Of a stretch of 46,862 nt of DNA, positions 24,136 to 35,550 are shown piece after piece; position 1 is the first letter of the stretch; each line of letters opens with the position of its first letter. The DNA comes from Chiloscyllium plagiosum (lineage: Eukaryota). Below the pieces are notes generated by a model. That model did not search any database. It was given only the letters and a program-made list of their open reading frames with translations, and was not told where the DNA came from. Location: NCBI RefSeq assembly GCF_004010195.1, contig NC_057719.1:78520725-78567586 (forward strand), read 5' to 3'. Made by a program: the position numbers and the translations under genes.

Positions 24136-24699
24136 CCTCCTTCCTTTAGAAAAATGGCTGTCAAAGAATATGGTGGATGGGGAGCAGGTACATTTCCCAG
24201 TTCTGACCCAGAAGACGTATTTTGTGTTAGATTCAATTTCAAACATTGGCAAACCTTCTTTTAAAAGAGTAGAGTCATTGAAACTCTATCAAATCTAATT
24301 CTCACATGGTATCCACCCCATGACATTTCCATTCGAGGTCAGTGGATTGTTGGAAATAAACAGCAGGAAACTTTGATCTGCAGTTGAGGTCATGTGGAAG
24401 TAAGGAAGGATGGTTGATGGAGATTCCTGCCATGCTTGTTCCTCCACCTCAATTAAGTCCTTAGGAATGGCCTTCCTGCTCCATCACCAGTTAAGGTCCC
24501 ATAAATAGGCAGCTGATTCCTGCTTTAAGTCCTCATGCCTTAACTGCTCTGGGAGGGTGGGGCTGCTTGTCCATGCAGGAAACATGGCCAACAAATCCAA
24601 TATATCCATGTGCAGGCTGCCAAAGTCAGATCCATTACTTATAGATTCTCAACACTTGATCAATGGACCCTCTGCATCATTTTTAGTCAGGGAAGTTAA

Positions 24700-24980
24700 G
24701 GTGTTTAGCACACTCACCTTCATTGCTCAGACCTTTAAGTATCAGAGTTGGGACATTATATTAGAGTTGTACATAATATTGGTGAGGCCCCTTTTGGGAG
24801 TACTGTGTCCAGTTCTGGTCACTCTGTTATAGGAAGGATATTATTAAACTGGAGAGAGTTCAGAAGAGATTTATCAGGATGTTGCTGCGAATGGAGGATT
24901 TGAATTCTTAGGAGAGTCTAAATAGGCTGGGACTTCTTTCAGACTGTAGGAGGTTGAGGTTTATAAAATCAAGTGGAGGT
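24700..24980 (+). mobile_element. CR1 LINE fragment, part 1 (continues at 26786-26960 and 33657-33780)
   Basis: KYQSWDIILELYIILVRP...QFWS..YRKDIIKLERVQKRFIRML. Confidence 0.85.
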
Positions 24981-25407
24981 TCAAAGTTTGTGAGAAGATT
25001 TGTAGCTCGGGTGCTCGTTGTTGTGGTTCTGTTCGCCGAGCTGGGAATTTGTGTTGCAGACGTTTCGCCCCCTGTCTAGGTGACATCTTCAGTGCTTGGA
25101 AGCCTCCTGTGAAGCGCTTCTGGCAATTGTAGTGGGAAGCACTACCCAAGGAGAGGGAAGCACTAAAATCACTAAGAAACGATAAGAACATAATCATACT
25201 ACCAGCAGACAAAGGCAGAATGACGGTCATCCTGGACAAAGCAGACTACCGGATCGTTAGCTGTCTTCCTGTTTGTCCTATGTAGTGTTTTGACCCATCG
25301 TATCGCTACCAGGGACACCATTACATAAACTGGCTAAAAAACTACAACAGAAACTGAAACACCTAATCAGCGGGTCCACACACTCTGTACAATCAACACA
25401 GGAATTC

Positions 25408-26607
25408 TTGGACATCATCAGAAATATACACATAGACAAGGAAGAAACCATGATATCATTCGATGTATCGGCATTGTTCACCTCTATCGACGAAACCCTA
25501 GCCAGAGAAACAATAGCCAACCTGCTAGACATACAGAACAGACAACAGGACAGTGAACCTATCAACAAAGACGGCATACTCAAACCACTGGACCTGTGCC
25601 TCACAACACACTTCACATTCAACAACCAAATATATGAACAAATCAACGGCACACCCATGGGCTCACCCATCTCTGGGCTCATAGCAGAAGCGGTAATGCA
25701 AAGATTAGAACAAACAGTCTTACCGCAAATTCAACCCAAACTCTGGGTCAGATATGTGGATGATACCTTTGTAATCATTAAAAACACGGAAATAGAGAAC
25801 ACACACCGGATCATCAACGCCACACTCACAGGAATCCGATTCACGAGAGAAGAAAAGGATAGCCAACTCCCATTCCTAGACGTGATGGTACAGATAACAC
25901 TGAACGGAGAATTCACCACAAAGGTATACAGGAAAGCCACACACACAGACCAAGTCCTAAACTGTGAAAGCAACCACCCCAACACACACAAAAGAAGTTG
26001 CATCAAAACATTATTCAAAAGAGCCACAACACACTGCAGCACACCAGAACTGCAGAAAGAGGAAGAAGAACACCTATACAACGTATTCGCGAAAAACAGA
26101 TACCCGCGCAATTTCATCAACAGATGCCTAAGGGAAAGACAATGGAACGAGGACATGCCACAACCCAAAGGACTAGCCACACTACCATACATCAAGAGCA
26201 TTTCCGAACTGACAGCCAGACTACTGCGACCACTAGGACTCATAACAGCACACAAACCAACAGCCACTCTCATACAACAACTCACCAGAACGAAGGACCC
26301 GATACCCAGCATGAGCAAAACTAATGTAGTGTACAAAATCCCATGCAAGGACTGTACAAAACACTACATAGGACAAACAGGAAAACAGCTAACGATCTGC
26401 ATCCATGAACACCAACTAACCATGAAACGACACGACCAGCTATCCTTAGTAGCCACGCACGCACATGATAAGCAACATGAATTCGACTGGGACAACACTG
26501 CTATTATAGGACAAGCCAAAACGAGAACAGCCAGGGAATTCCTAGAAGCATGGCACTCATCCACAGATTCAATCAATAAGCACATCGATCTGGACCCAAT
26601 ATACTGA
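25408..26607 (+). CDS. PLE reverse transcriptase + GIY-YIG endonuclease (partial, probably non-functional)
   Basis: MISFDVSALFTSI, GTPMGSPISG, WVRYVDDTF, LPFLDV, VVYKIPCKDC.KHYIGQT and AREFLEAWHS..SINKH. The frame extends upstream to PIVSLPGTP (~25294). There is no true start codon. Confidence 0.9.
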   Translation: MDIIRNIHIDKEETMISFDVSALFTSIDETLARETIANLLDIQNRQQDSEPINKDGILKPLDLCLTTHFTFNNQIYEQINGTPMGSPISGLIAEAVMQRLEQTVLPQIQPKLWVRYVDDTFVIIKNTEIENTHRIINATLTGIRFTREEKDSQLPFLDVMVQITLNGEFTTKVYRKATHTDQVLNCESNHPNTHKRSCIKTLFKRATTHCSTPELQKEEEEHLYNVFAKNRYPRNFINRCLRERQWNEDMPQPKGLATLPYIKSISELTARLLRPLGLITAHKPTATLIQQLTRTKDPIPSMSKTNVVYKIPCKDCTKHYIGQTGKQLTICIHEHQLTMKRHDQLSLVATHAHDKQHEFDWDNTAIIGQAKTRTAREFLEAWHSSTDSINKHIDLDPIY

Positions 26608-26710
26608 CCACTGCAACTGACAGCTGGAATTGACAACCGGAAGCGGCAGATTCAAACCACTACAAATGCCGGAGGAAAGATCACAGAAGCGCTTCACAGG
26701 AGGCTCCCAA

Positions 26711-26750
26711 GCACTGAGGATGTCACCGAGACAGGGGACGAAACGTCTGC
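26711..26750 (+). ncRNA. Minimal type I hammerhead ribozyme motif (family B); inverted second copy at 25056-25095
   Basis: GCA-CTGAGGA-T-GTCACC..GGGGAC-GAAA-CGTC-TGC: stem I GCA/TGC, palindromic ACGT stem III and a GUC site. Confidence 0.75.
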
Positions 26751-26958
26751 AAACAAATTCTCTGCTCGGCGAACAGAACCACAACATCAAGTGGAGGTGA
26801 ATAGCAGGTGTCTTTTGCCTAGGATAGGGATATCAAGACTAAGGGCCATGCTGTTAAGGTGGGGGGAGGAAGAGTGGTCCATGTGTGGAATGAACTTCCA
26901 GCAGAAGTAGTGGATGCAGGTACAGTTACAACATCCAAAAAACATTTGGATAAGTACA

Positions 26959-27670
26959 TGGCATGACACGGGCTAAACACCTCTGCTAATTTAAAATCAG
27001 CAACACAGAAAAAAAATTATCCTGTGCAGTAATCTGTGAAAATTCAATAGGCCAAGAACTAAAGTAAAAGTTAACAATTTTATTTCTTAAAGTATAACAG
27101 AGAATAATTATAATTATAATTAACAACTATTTACAACACCTTCCTCTAACCTATCTTTTACTTTCCCTCCTATAAGACTAGTCTGATAAAACTCCCGATT
27201 AAGATTTACAAAACAAAACTTCTTATCTCCAAACCAGGCTGCTTTCGGTTCTTCTTTGTGTTCCTGTCTTCTTGGGGATTCTGCTTCACAGGCTACTGAT
27301 CGATAAAGGTATCTTTAAGGGAGCTGTTTTTCAGGCAGTCTTTTTGCATGCTAGTGGCTTGGCAGTTCTTCTCTCAACTGTTCAATTTTCCCCAGTCTTA
27401 TACCCCCAAAACATCGAATTGTGTCATTGGCTTTTAAGATTGTCAGTATACTAAATTCAAACTAGATTGTGTTTTAGTATGTTTTTTGGGGGTATAATTT
27501 AAACTGATTGGCCTAATTTAAATCTGTTTTGTCATTTCCAGGCAATCAGCTACCCTAGCTATCCCAGTAGCTGGAGCACATGTTACATTGTATTTTATTG
27601 AGAACACTTGATGCTGCCACTGCTAGCTTTTACTCTCTTAAAGGTACAGTACACCCACATCTTCATAACA
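26959..27670 (-). repeat. 3' LTR
   Basis: Aligns along its length with 32930-33656. The minus strand starts TGTTATGAAG and is preceded by the purine tract AAGGAGGGAAG (27671-27681). Confidence 0.92.
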
Positions 27671-27845
27671 CTTCCCTCCTTAAGAAAAAATGAGCAATCA
27701 TAATGAAAAGATGGCTTCACTTTTTTTTGTATTTTTTAAACAGATTACCCTAATACACAGATAACTTTAATATAAGTTCCTCTTAACTTCTTCCCATATA
27801 CCTGTGTGTGTGTCTGTGTGTGTATATATATAAAATATCTAAACA

Positions 27846-29151
27846 TTAAATAAACACGTGAGCCGCAACATGTATGATTTTTAAATTAAAAATCTGTAGC
27901 ATAAGACTCCAATGAAATAGTCTCATATTCTTGTCTTTAAAGCATTCTAAGAATGTAAGCAGATTGTGCTCAGTGTACACAATCATCTCCAACACATTGT
28001 TCGTGACATACATATTAAGATGTTGTAAAGCCAGTACTAAACTCAATAGTTATTTTTTGATCATGGAGTATTTTGTCTGGTGGATGTTGATCTTCTTTGA
28101 AAAGTAACCAACTGGCAGTTCAATCCCATCCTCATCTTCCTGTAGGAGTACAGCTCCAACTCCAATGTCACTAGCATCATTGGCAACTTTAAAAGGTTTT
28201 GAAAAGTTTGCGGTAGCTAAAACTGGTTTGGTGGTTAATATTGATTTCAAATGGTCGAATGCCTTCTGGCATGGTTCTGTCCACCGAAACTTTGTGTTCT
28301 TCTTCAGCAAATCGGTTAACGGTGCCACTACACTGCTGAAGTTTGGAACAAACTTCCTACAGAATCCACTGAGTCCTAAGAATTGAAGCAGCTCTTTCTT
28401 CGAAGTTGGTCATGGGAGTTCCTTGTTGACCTTCGTCTTTGCATTCCGTGGGGTCAACTTTCCATGACCGATGTTATGTCCCAAGAACGTCACTTCTGCT
28501 TTCGTGAATTCACCAGGTTTGCTTCTCATAGTCATTCAAAGACCTCTGCCAACTGTACCATGTGATCTTTCCAGGACTGACTAAAGATCACTACATCGTC
28601 CAAATTGACTGCATAGTTTGCTAACCCAGCTACACCTCTGCTCATGAGTCTTTGAAATGTGGCGGGTGCGTTCTTCATTGCAAAGGGCATCACTTTAAAC
28701 TGATATAGCCCATTTGGGGTTACAAACGCAGAAATTTCTTTTGCTGTCTCAGATAAATGTACCTGTCATAAACCACAAAGTAAATCCAACTTGGTGACGT
28801 AACTGGCTTGTCTGATTTTATCGATACAGTCCTTCAATTTAGGAATTGGAGATGAGTCTGATTTTGTATTGGCGTTGACCTTCCAATAATTCATACAGAA
28901 TTGTTGAGCCCGTCTGGTTTGTGAACGAAGACAATCAGTGAACTCCACACGCTCTGGCTGGATTCAATGATGTCCTCGTCAAACATGGCCTCCACCTCCA
29001 TCTGAAACTGTCTGGCTTTGAAAGGATTGAGCCGATAGGGATGTTGTTTTATTGGAGCAATATTCCCTACATCTACTTCATGTACAATAGCAATAGTCCT
29101 CCCCATCTGATTCTTACATCTGTACTTGTACTGCAATACCAAATCTTTCAA
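27846..29151 (-). pseudogene. Gypsy RT and RNase H, frameshifted
   Basis: KQHPYRLNP, FCMNYWKVN, TKLDLL.G, YQFKVMPFAMKNAPATFQRLM, LDDVVIFS, DASDIGVGAVL and VYTEHNLL. Confidence 0.9.
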
Positions 29152-29299
29152 CTGTGTTCTATGCTCCTGACACAGATAGCTTACTAACTTATCCCACTCC
29201 TCAAGGATTCTTCATTTTTAAATCTATTTTGAGGCACATCAAACTCCGCATTATCTGGATTTCATTCCTCACTCTGCGGAGCAGTAACTAACACCTGTT

Positions 29300-30640
29300 T
29301 CTCCAGCTCTTTCTCTCTAGTATAATACAGTTTCAACATGTTCATATGGCATACTCGATACCTTGTTTTTTTCTTAAAAATGTGTTGCTGGAAAATGTGT
29401 TGCTGGAATGGCTTCCTGAAGAAGGGCTTATGCCCGAAACGTCGATTCTCCTTCTCCTTTGATGCTACCTGACCTGCTGCGCTTTTCCAGCAACACATTT
29501 TTAAGCTCTGATCTCCAGCATCTGCAGTCCTCACTTTCTCCACCTTGTTTTTTTCTGTCTGGCATCTTTACTAGATAGTTCACCTGACTCAACTTTTTCT
29601 CAAGTTGATAGGGACCACTAAACCTGGCTTTGAAGTGATCACCTATTACTAATAACAGTACTAATGCATCATCCCTCAGAAAAATGTCTGAGTCTCAGAG
29701 CTTTTATCTGCCACCTGCTTCATTCTACACAGTGCCCTCTTTAGGTGCTGTTTACCTAGTTCACCTACTCAATTTAGTCTCTCATACACCTCCAATACAT
29801 AACCTGAGTGTGAGATCTTCAACTTTGGTCCTGTCAATGTTTCTTTAATTAATTTCAAAGGGCCTCTCACTTCATGACTGAATATTAATTCAAAGGGAGT
29901 GAATTGAATAGATTCATTTGGGGCACCTTTAATGGCAAACAATACAAACGGGATACTTTTATCCTAATCATTCAGGTAATCCTGACAGTATGCTCTCAAC
30001 ATGGTCTCCAAGGTCTGAAGCCATCATTCTAAAGCTTCCTGGGATTCAGGATGATATGCACTGGATTTAAAGTGCTATATACCTAAACTATCCATAACCT
30101 CCTTAAACAGCCTAGCAGTAAAATTTGACCCTTAGTCCGACTGAATCTCTCTGGGTAGCCCATACCATGTGAAGAAAGCTACTAACTCCTCTACTACCTT
30201 TTTTGCTTTGAAACTCCATAATGGAATTGCCTCTGGAAATCTGGTTGACACATCCATTATGGTTAACAAGTACTGGTTCCCACTTCTGGTTCTTGGGAAG
30301 AGTCCTACACAATTATACCCCACATGAAAACTTCTTTAAATGCGGGAATTGGCAATAAAGGTGGTGGCTTTATTACCGCCTGTGGCTTACCTATTATTTG
30401 GCATGTATGAAATATATGGCAAAAATTAACCACATCCTTGTGCATAAAATGTTTTTGTACCTTAGCCTGAGATTTTGTACCTCTTGGTTACCTCCTATAG
30501 GTAGTTCATGTGCTACCCGTAAAACCTCTGTATGCTACTGGCAACACAATCTAGTAACTTCAGCCCATTTCTCCTCTGCACTAACCTGCAGTGGTCTCCA
30601 TTTCTGCCTTAGGATTCTATCTTTCAGGTAATAATCCTCC
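29300..30640 (-). pseudogene. Gypsy integrase (core plus GPY/F region), upstream of RT
   Basis: GNQYLLTIMDVSTRFPEAIPL, YGLPREIQSD, SSAYHPESQEALE and FKARFSGPYQLEKKLSQVNYLV...CHMNMLKLY. Confidence 0.88.
29375..29541 (+). mobile_element. Short PLE hammerhead mini-element (family A) with a 5' inverted stub, nested in the integrase
   Basis: Intact core CTGAAGAAGGGCTTATGCCCGAAACGTC at 29416-29443. TSD ACCTTGTTTTTTTCT at 29360-29374 / 29542-29556. Confidence 0.9.
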
Positions 30641-30949
30641 GGAATATTCTCTGCCTCCTTTTCAGAGTTCGCATCCACATATTTATCTTTTACCGTCTTG
30701 TCTTGCTGTTGCAAGTCTCAGCTTTTCAGGAGTAAACACTTCCGTCTAACCCTCTGCCTGTTCAAGTTTTCCCTGCACCATTATGTCAAATGGGGTGTCT
30801 GCTAACTGAATCTCACTTCCTTCATCTTTCTCTTTAATTTTCACTTCATGCTGTGACTTATGATAGTGGGATCTGGTTACCACACAGCCTGGGGAAATAC
30901 CAGGATATTGCTGTTTTAACTCCTAGATTTCTTGGTCTTCCTTGGGCTT

Positions 30950-31311
30950 CTCCACAACAGGAGGTGTCACTCCCACCTTGGATCCTGCTAAATCATTCCC
31001 AAGAACGAACTGAATTCCTGGAATTGACACTGTCAATCACTCCCACTGTAACTTCCCCAGTCTTTAAGTTGGCACTCCAACCTGATCTTACATGGGGGAA
31101 TGTTAAATTTCTGTCCAACTATCCCATATATTACCACACTCTTGGGTAGCGGCTCAGAAGGAGTGCATATTCGCTCGTCTCTCACTATCAGCGACTGGTT
31201 AGATCCTGTATCTCTCAAAATTATAACTCCTTGTCCTTCTCCCTCTGTTCTTTCTGAGTAAACTTTACCCACAGAGACAAATTCTTTGTAGAGATGAGGT
31301 ACTAACTCCAT
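30950..31311 (-). pseudogene. Aspartic protease
   Basis: VIILRDTGSNQSLI, with the DTG catalytic motif. Confidence 0.85.
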
Positions 31312-31373
31312 ACCGAGCCCCTGCCTAGGCTGTGCACTCTCCTGCAGCTCCTTGGCTCTTCTTGGGGTCTCCT

Positions 31374-32745
31374 TTACACCTTCACTAATGTGACTGGCTT
31401 AGCTTCTTTTACCACATCTTTTCCCACAGTGCCTTTCTTTAACGACCAGCACTGTGACTTTACCTGTCCCACTTTCTGGCAGTGAAAACACCTTTTCCCA
31501 GGTCCCTTCTGAAACCATTGGCACTGTAATTTTCTGTGTCCCACTCCATAACAGTGAAAACACATGAGGCCTTTCACCTCCTGTCCACCCTCTTGGGCTT
31601 CTATTTTATCCTGTGGTAAAATCTTACCAGTGCTTTCTACTCTTGGTTTAGTAGTGTAGAATCTCCCCTTTTCCCAACTCCTATCCCTCACAGGATGAAA
31701 TTCTGGTTGGAAGTTTGTTGTATGCACCAACATGGTAAAAACAATGACTGCAGATGCTGGAAACCAGATTCTGGATTAGTGGTGCTGGAAAAGCACAGCA
31801 GTTCAGGCAGCATCCGAGAAGCCGTAAAATCATGTACTCATCTGCTAATTCTGCTGCCCTTCTCACTTGCTGAACTTTCTGTTCCTCCATGTGAATTTTT
31901 ACCATCTCTGAAAGTGAATTCTTAAACTCCTCCAGCAGAATAATCTGTTTTAGAGTCTCAAAGATCTTATCTTTTTTCAAAGCACGCACCCATTGTTCAA
32001 AATGACTATGTTTAATTCTTTCAAACTCAGCATAAGTCTGACCTGGTTCGTTCTTTGTGTTTCTGAACCACTGCCTATATGCTTCTGGTACCAATTCATA
32101 ACTACTTAAAATAGCCTGTTTAACCTCTTCATAATCTCTCGATACCTCATCTGACAGTGCGGCAAATACCTCACTAGCTCTGCCTACCAATTTAGTCTGA
32201 ATTAACATTACCCATAAATCCTCGGACCACTCCATTTGCGTAGTCAATTTTTCAAACGAAATAGAGAAAGCTTCATCATCTTTCTCATCAAAATGTGCCA
32301 GAGTTTTGACATATTTGTATATATCACTACCTTCTCTTTTAATCTCCATCCTGTTAACTTGACTTTGCTGACTAAGTCGCAACTTCTGAAGTTCAAATCT
32401 CTCTTTTTGCTCAGTCAAGAACCTCCTCTCTCTTTCTTTTTTCCTCTCTCTCTCTTTCTCTTTCTCTCTGTCTTTCCTCTCTCTCTCTTTGTTTCCCAAC
32501 TCCATATTCCTTAATTGTAATTTCAGTTTTTCTACCGCTACTGCACTTGTCTGTTTCTCTGACACACCTAGGTGTTTCAGTAATCCCCTGAAAATTTAAG
32601 CTTTACTTTTGTCCTTGGTGAAACCCAAATCTAACTTTTTTTGATAAGTCTAAAAGTATGGCCTTTTTCTTTCCTCCTAAACTTTTATGGCAAATTTGAG
32701 AATAATCTTCAATTCCCAGAACCTCTTCACAATTTTAAGAGCCAT
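31374..32745 (-). pseudogene. Gag with coiled coil, SCAN-like capsid domain and two zinc knuckles
   Basis: SYELVPEAYRQWFR, LKQIILLEEFKNSL, AAELADEY, CFHCYGVGHRKLQC and CFHCQKVGQVKSQC. Confidence 0.85.
31735..31830 (-). mobile_element. PLE terminal fragment inserted in gag
   Basis: GACTGCAGATGCTGG...GCTGGAAAAGCACAGCAG.TCAGGCAGCATCCGAG interrupts ADEYM|LVH, with CATG duplicated. Confidence 0.75.
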
Positions 32746-32901
32746 TTCTCTCACTTTTAATTTAATCAACCACAGGTCACTGAAATTAAACAAATTGTCT
32801 CACATACATTTTATTTGAAGATATAGAACTCTAACCTACAAGTGTTTAAATCTGCTGGGATTTTTTTGTACCCCCAAATCAATTTAAATCTGTCTAAACC
32901 A

Positions 32902-32924
32902 GTTCAAATCCCGGACGAGCCCCA
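32902..32924 (-). promoter_or_regulatory. Primer binding site, tRNA-Pro
   Basis: Plus-strand GTTCAAATCCCGGACGAGCCCCA matches the vertebrate tRNA-Pro 3' end (one C short) and lies 5 nt from the 5' LTR. Confidence 0.9.
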
Positions 32925-32929
32925 AAATC

Positions 32930-33656
32930 TGATACGACACGGGATTAAACCCCTCTGCTAATTTAAAACCAGCAACATGGAAAAATTTTATCCTGTGCAG
33001 TAATCTGTGAAAGTTTGATAGTTCAAGAACTATTTAAAGTAAAAATTAACAACTTTATTTCTTAAAGTATAACAGAGAATATTTAATTAACAACTATTTA
33101 CAATTCCTTCCTCTAACCTATCTTTAATTTTCTCTTCTATAATACTAGTCCGATAAAACTCACGATTAAGATTCACAAAACAAAACTCCTTTTCTCAAAA
33201 GCAGTTGAAGGACCAGAATTTTAGTTCTTCTCTGTATTCCTGTCTTCTTTTCTTCTTAGGGATTCTGCTTCACAGGTTACTGATCAATAAAGGTACCTAT
33301 AAAAGAGCTATTTTGGGGCAGCCTTGTTACTTGCTGATGGCTTGGCAGTTTGCCTCTCAATTGTCCAATTTTCCCTGATCAAATTATACCCCAAAGCATA
33401 AAATTGTGTCATTGGCTTTTAAGATTGCCAACGCACTAAATTCAAACTGAATTGGAGTTTGGTGTATTTTTTGGGGTATAATTTAAACTGATTGGCCTAA
33501 ATCAAATCTGTTTTGTCATTTCCAGGCAACTGGCTACCCTGGCTATCCCAGTAGTAGGAGCTACATGTTACATTATATTTTATTGAGAACACTTGATGCT
33601 GTCACTGCTAGCTTTTAACTCTCTAAAAGATATAATACACCCATATCTTCATAACA
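32930..33656 (-). repeat. 5' LTR
   Basis: TG...CA termini; homologous to 26959-27670. Confidence 0.92.
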
Positions 33657-33780
33657 CATGAATAGGAACGTATTGGAGAGATATGGGCCAAGAGCAGGTG
33701 GGTAGGACTAGTTTAATTTCGGATTATGTTTGGCATGGACTGGTTTATCTGAAGGCCTGTTTCTGTGTTGTATGACTCTA
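33657..33780 (+). mobile_element. CR1 3' UTR, final part of the split LINE
   Basis: CATGAATAGGAA...ATATGGGCC...GTTGTATGACTCTA continues the sequence interrupted at 26960. Confidence 0.85.
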
Positions 33781-34492
33781 GTGTGTGTGTAATACCAGCA
33801 GGAGCCACCGTCTCCCTGACTCTGCTGGGTAGAGAAGAACTTTGATGCTGATGTGTTAGGCTCTCTCATGTTGAGGATGGGGATAAAAATGGAGCTTTGT
33901 TCAATGAAAATGTTCAATGAAAAGCAGAGGAGAACATACCAGGAGTAGTAGCAGCTGTATTGAAAAATGAGTTGTGGCAGGACCACAGGACTTTGACGGA
34001 TCAATTGATTATGGAATTGTTTAGCTTTGTCTGTCACCTGTAGTTTCCACGGTTTGACATTTATATAATCCTGTATTGTAGCTTCACTGGGCTAGCAACC
34101 CATTCTTCAATGTTGCTGCTACCATTCCTTCACTTTTCATTGAACCTTTAAACAAGCTGTGACATTTTATTGTGCAACTCAGAATCTCCAAGCCCTTTCT
34201 TGTGGTTTTTCTCGTGTTTGACATCAAAAGGTATAAAATCCCCCAGGACAAAATTCCACTTTGGTGCTTGGCATCAATTTGTCATGATGTTTAAGTCAAG
34301 CTTAAGTCAAGTTGGTAGTATTGAATTTTGCATGTTTCTGGCCTTATGACTCGCTGTTGAAGGGATGATGACCTTTAGACATCTTACCAATTGTATTGGA
34401 ATCAAACCTCTAAAGGCAACCAAATGTTTGCAGCATCAAAAACCTTCAATGACTGCAGAGTTAGTGATATTTGGACAGAAATTTGAATATTT

Positions 34493-34822
34493 GGGATGGC
34501 ACAGTGGTTAGCACTGTTGCCTCACAGCGCCAGAGATCCGGGTTCAATTCCCGCCTCAGGCGACTGACTGTGTGGAGTTTGCACATTCTCCCTGTGTCTG
34601 CGTGGGTTTCCTCCGGGTCCTCCGGTTTCCTCCCACAATCCAAAAGATGTGCAGGTAAGGTGAATTGGCCATGCTAAATTGCCCGTAGTGTTAGGTGAAG
34701 GGATAAATGTAGGGGAATGGGTCTGGGTGGGTTACGCTTCGGCGGGTCGGTGTGGACTTGTTGGACCGAAGGGCCTGTTTCCACACTGTAAGTAATCTAA
34801 TCTAATCTAATCTAATCTAATC
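34493..34822 (+). mobile_element. HE1-like V-SINE, near intact, with a (TCTAA)n tail
   Basis: tRNA-like head with B box GGTTCAATTCC, V-domain, HER1-like 3' end and repeat tail. Confidence 0.93.
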
Positions 34823-35103
34823 AATGCAAATTCAAACTCCTGCTTTCTCTGGGTAAAAATGATCATATATAAAAAGTCTTTATTGTGCATGTTAAGCATG
34901 GCTCATAATATTAATATAACTTGCAGTGTCATGTAGAACAAGAAGAAAGAAAAGTCTCAAAACAGCAAAAGAAGGTACTCTTCCTTCAGAAAGAGTATTA
35001 GTCAGTTATTTATTGCTAACACGGCACATAATAATTGGTACTGATTTAAAAATCCTACTGGTCTAATTTCTGTAATGATACAGAATTTATGGGCTATGTA
35101 CAC

Positions 35104-35195
35104 TTCTGGTGTAGTGGTAGTATCCCTATTAATTCAAGTACCACCTGCTCCAGAGGAATGTCATAGCATCCTCGACAGGTTGATTAGAAAATATC
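35104..35195 (+). repeat. Internally deleted copy of the ~130-bp tRNA-like unit
   Basis: TGGTGTAGTGGTAGTATCCCTA...TTCAAGT.CCACCTGCTCCAGAGG...ACAGGTTGATTAGAAAATATC. Confidence 0.7.
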
Positions 35196-35236
35196 TGTAG
35201 ACCTTAAGGGTGAATAATGTTGAATATTCCTTGTTC

Positions 35237-35550
35237 GTCATAGAGTCATACAGCCCTTTAGTCCAAATCGTCCTTGCCAACCAGGGTTTCCTGAATTTGT
35301 CCCATTTTCCTGCATTTGACCCATATCCCTCTAAACCTTTCCTATCCATGAACCTGTCCAAATGTCTTCAATTGTTGCAGGTGTACCAACCTCTATCACT
35401 TCCTGTGGTAGCTCATTCCATATACAAACCATCCTCTGCATGAAAAACGTTGCCCCTTAGATCCCTTTAAAATTTTTCCCCTTTCACCTTAAACCTATGC
35501 CCTCTAGTTTTGGATTCCTGGAGAAAAGACCTTGGCTATTCATGGTGTCC
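35237..35550 (-). mobile_element. CR1 LINE 3' end
   Basis: Reverse complement of the repeat at 1-298. Confidence 0.85.

Larger units (their letters stand above)
24981..26785 (+). mobile_element. Poseidon-type Penelope-like element, 5'-truncated, with an inverted pseudo-LTR
   Basis: ~25020-25122 is the reverse complement of 26684-26785. TSD ATCAAGTGGAGGT at 24968-24980 / 26786-26798. Internal RT+EN frame. Confidence 0.92.
26959..33656 (-). mobile_element. Full-length decayed Gmr1-like Ty3/gypsy LTR retrotransposon
   Basis: Two homologous LTRs, PBS, PPT and gag-PR-IN-RT-RH remnants. It is inserted in a CR1 fragment, with CATG at both junctions (26957-26960 / 33657-33660). Confidence 0.93.

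Noticed and set aside
25731..26348. 205-aa antisense ORF as a second PLE gene
   Set aside because: It is explained by the A/C-rich codon bias of the sense RT frame.
32902..32924. tRNA-Pro gene
   Set aside because: Only the 3' ~23 nt including CCA are present, adjacent to an LTR, so this is a PBS.
26959..33656. Copia element or endogenous retrovirus
   Set aside because: The RT, RNase H and GPY/F integrase motifs are gypsy-type, and there is no room for env before the PPT.
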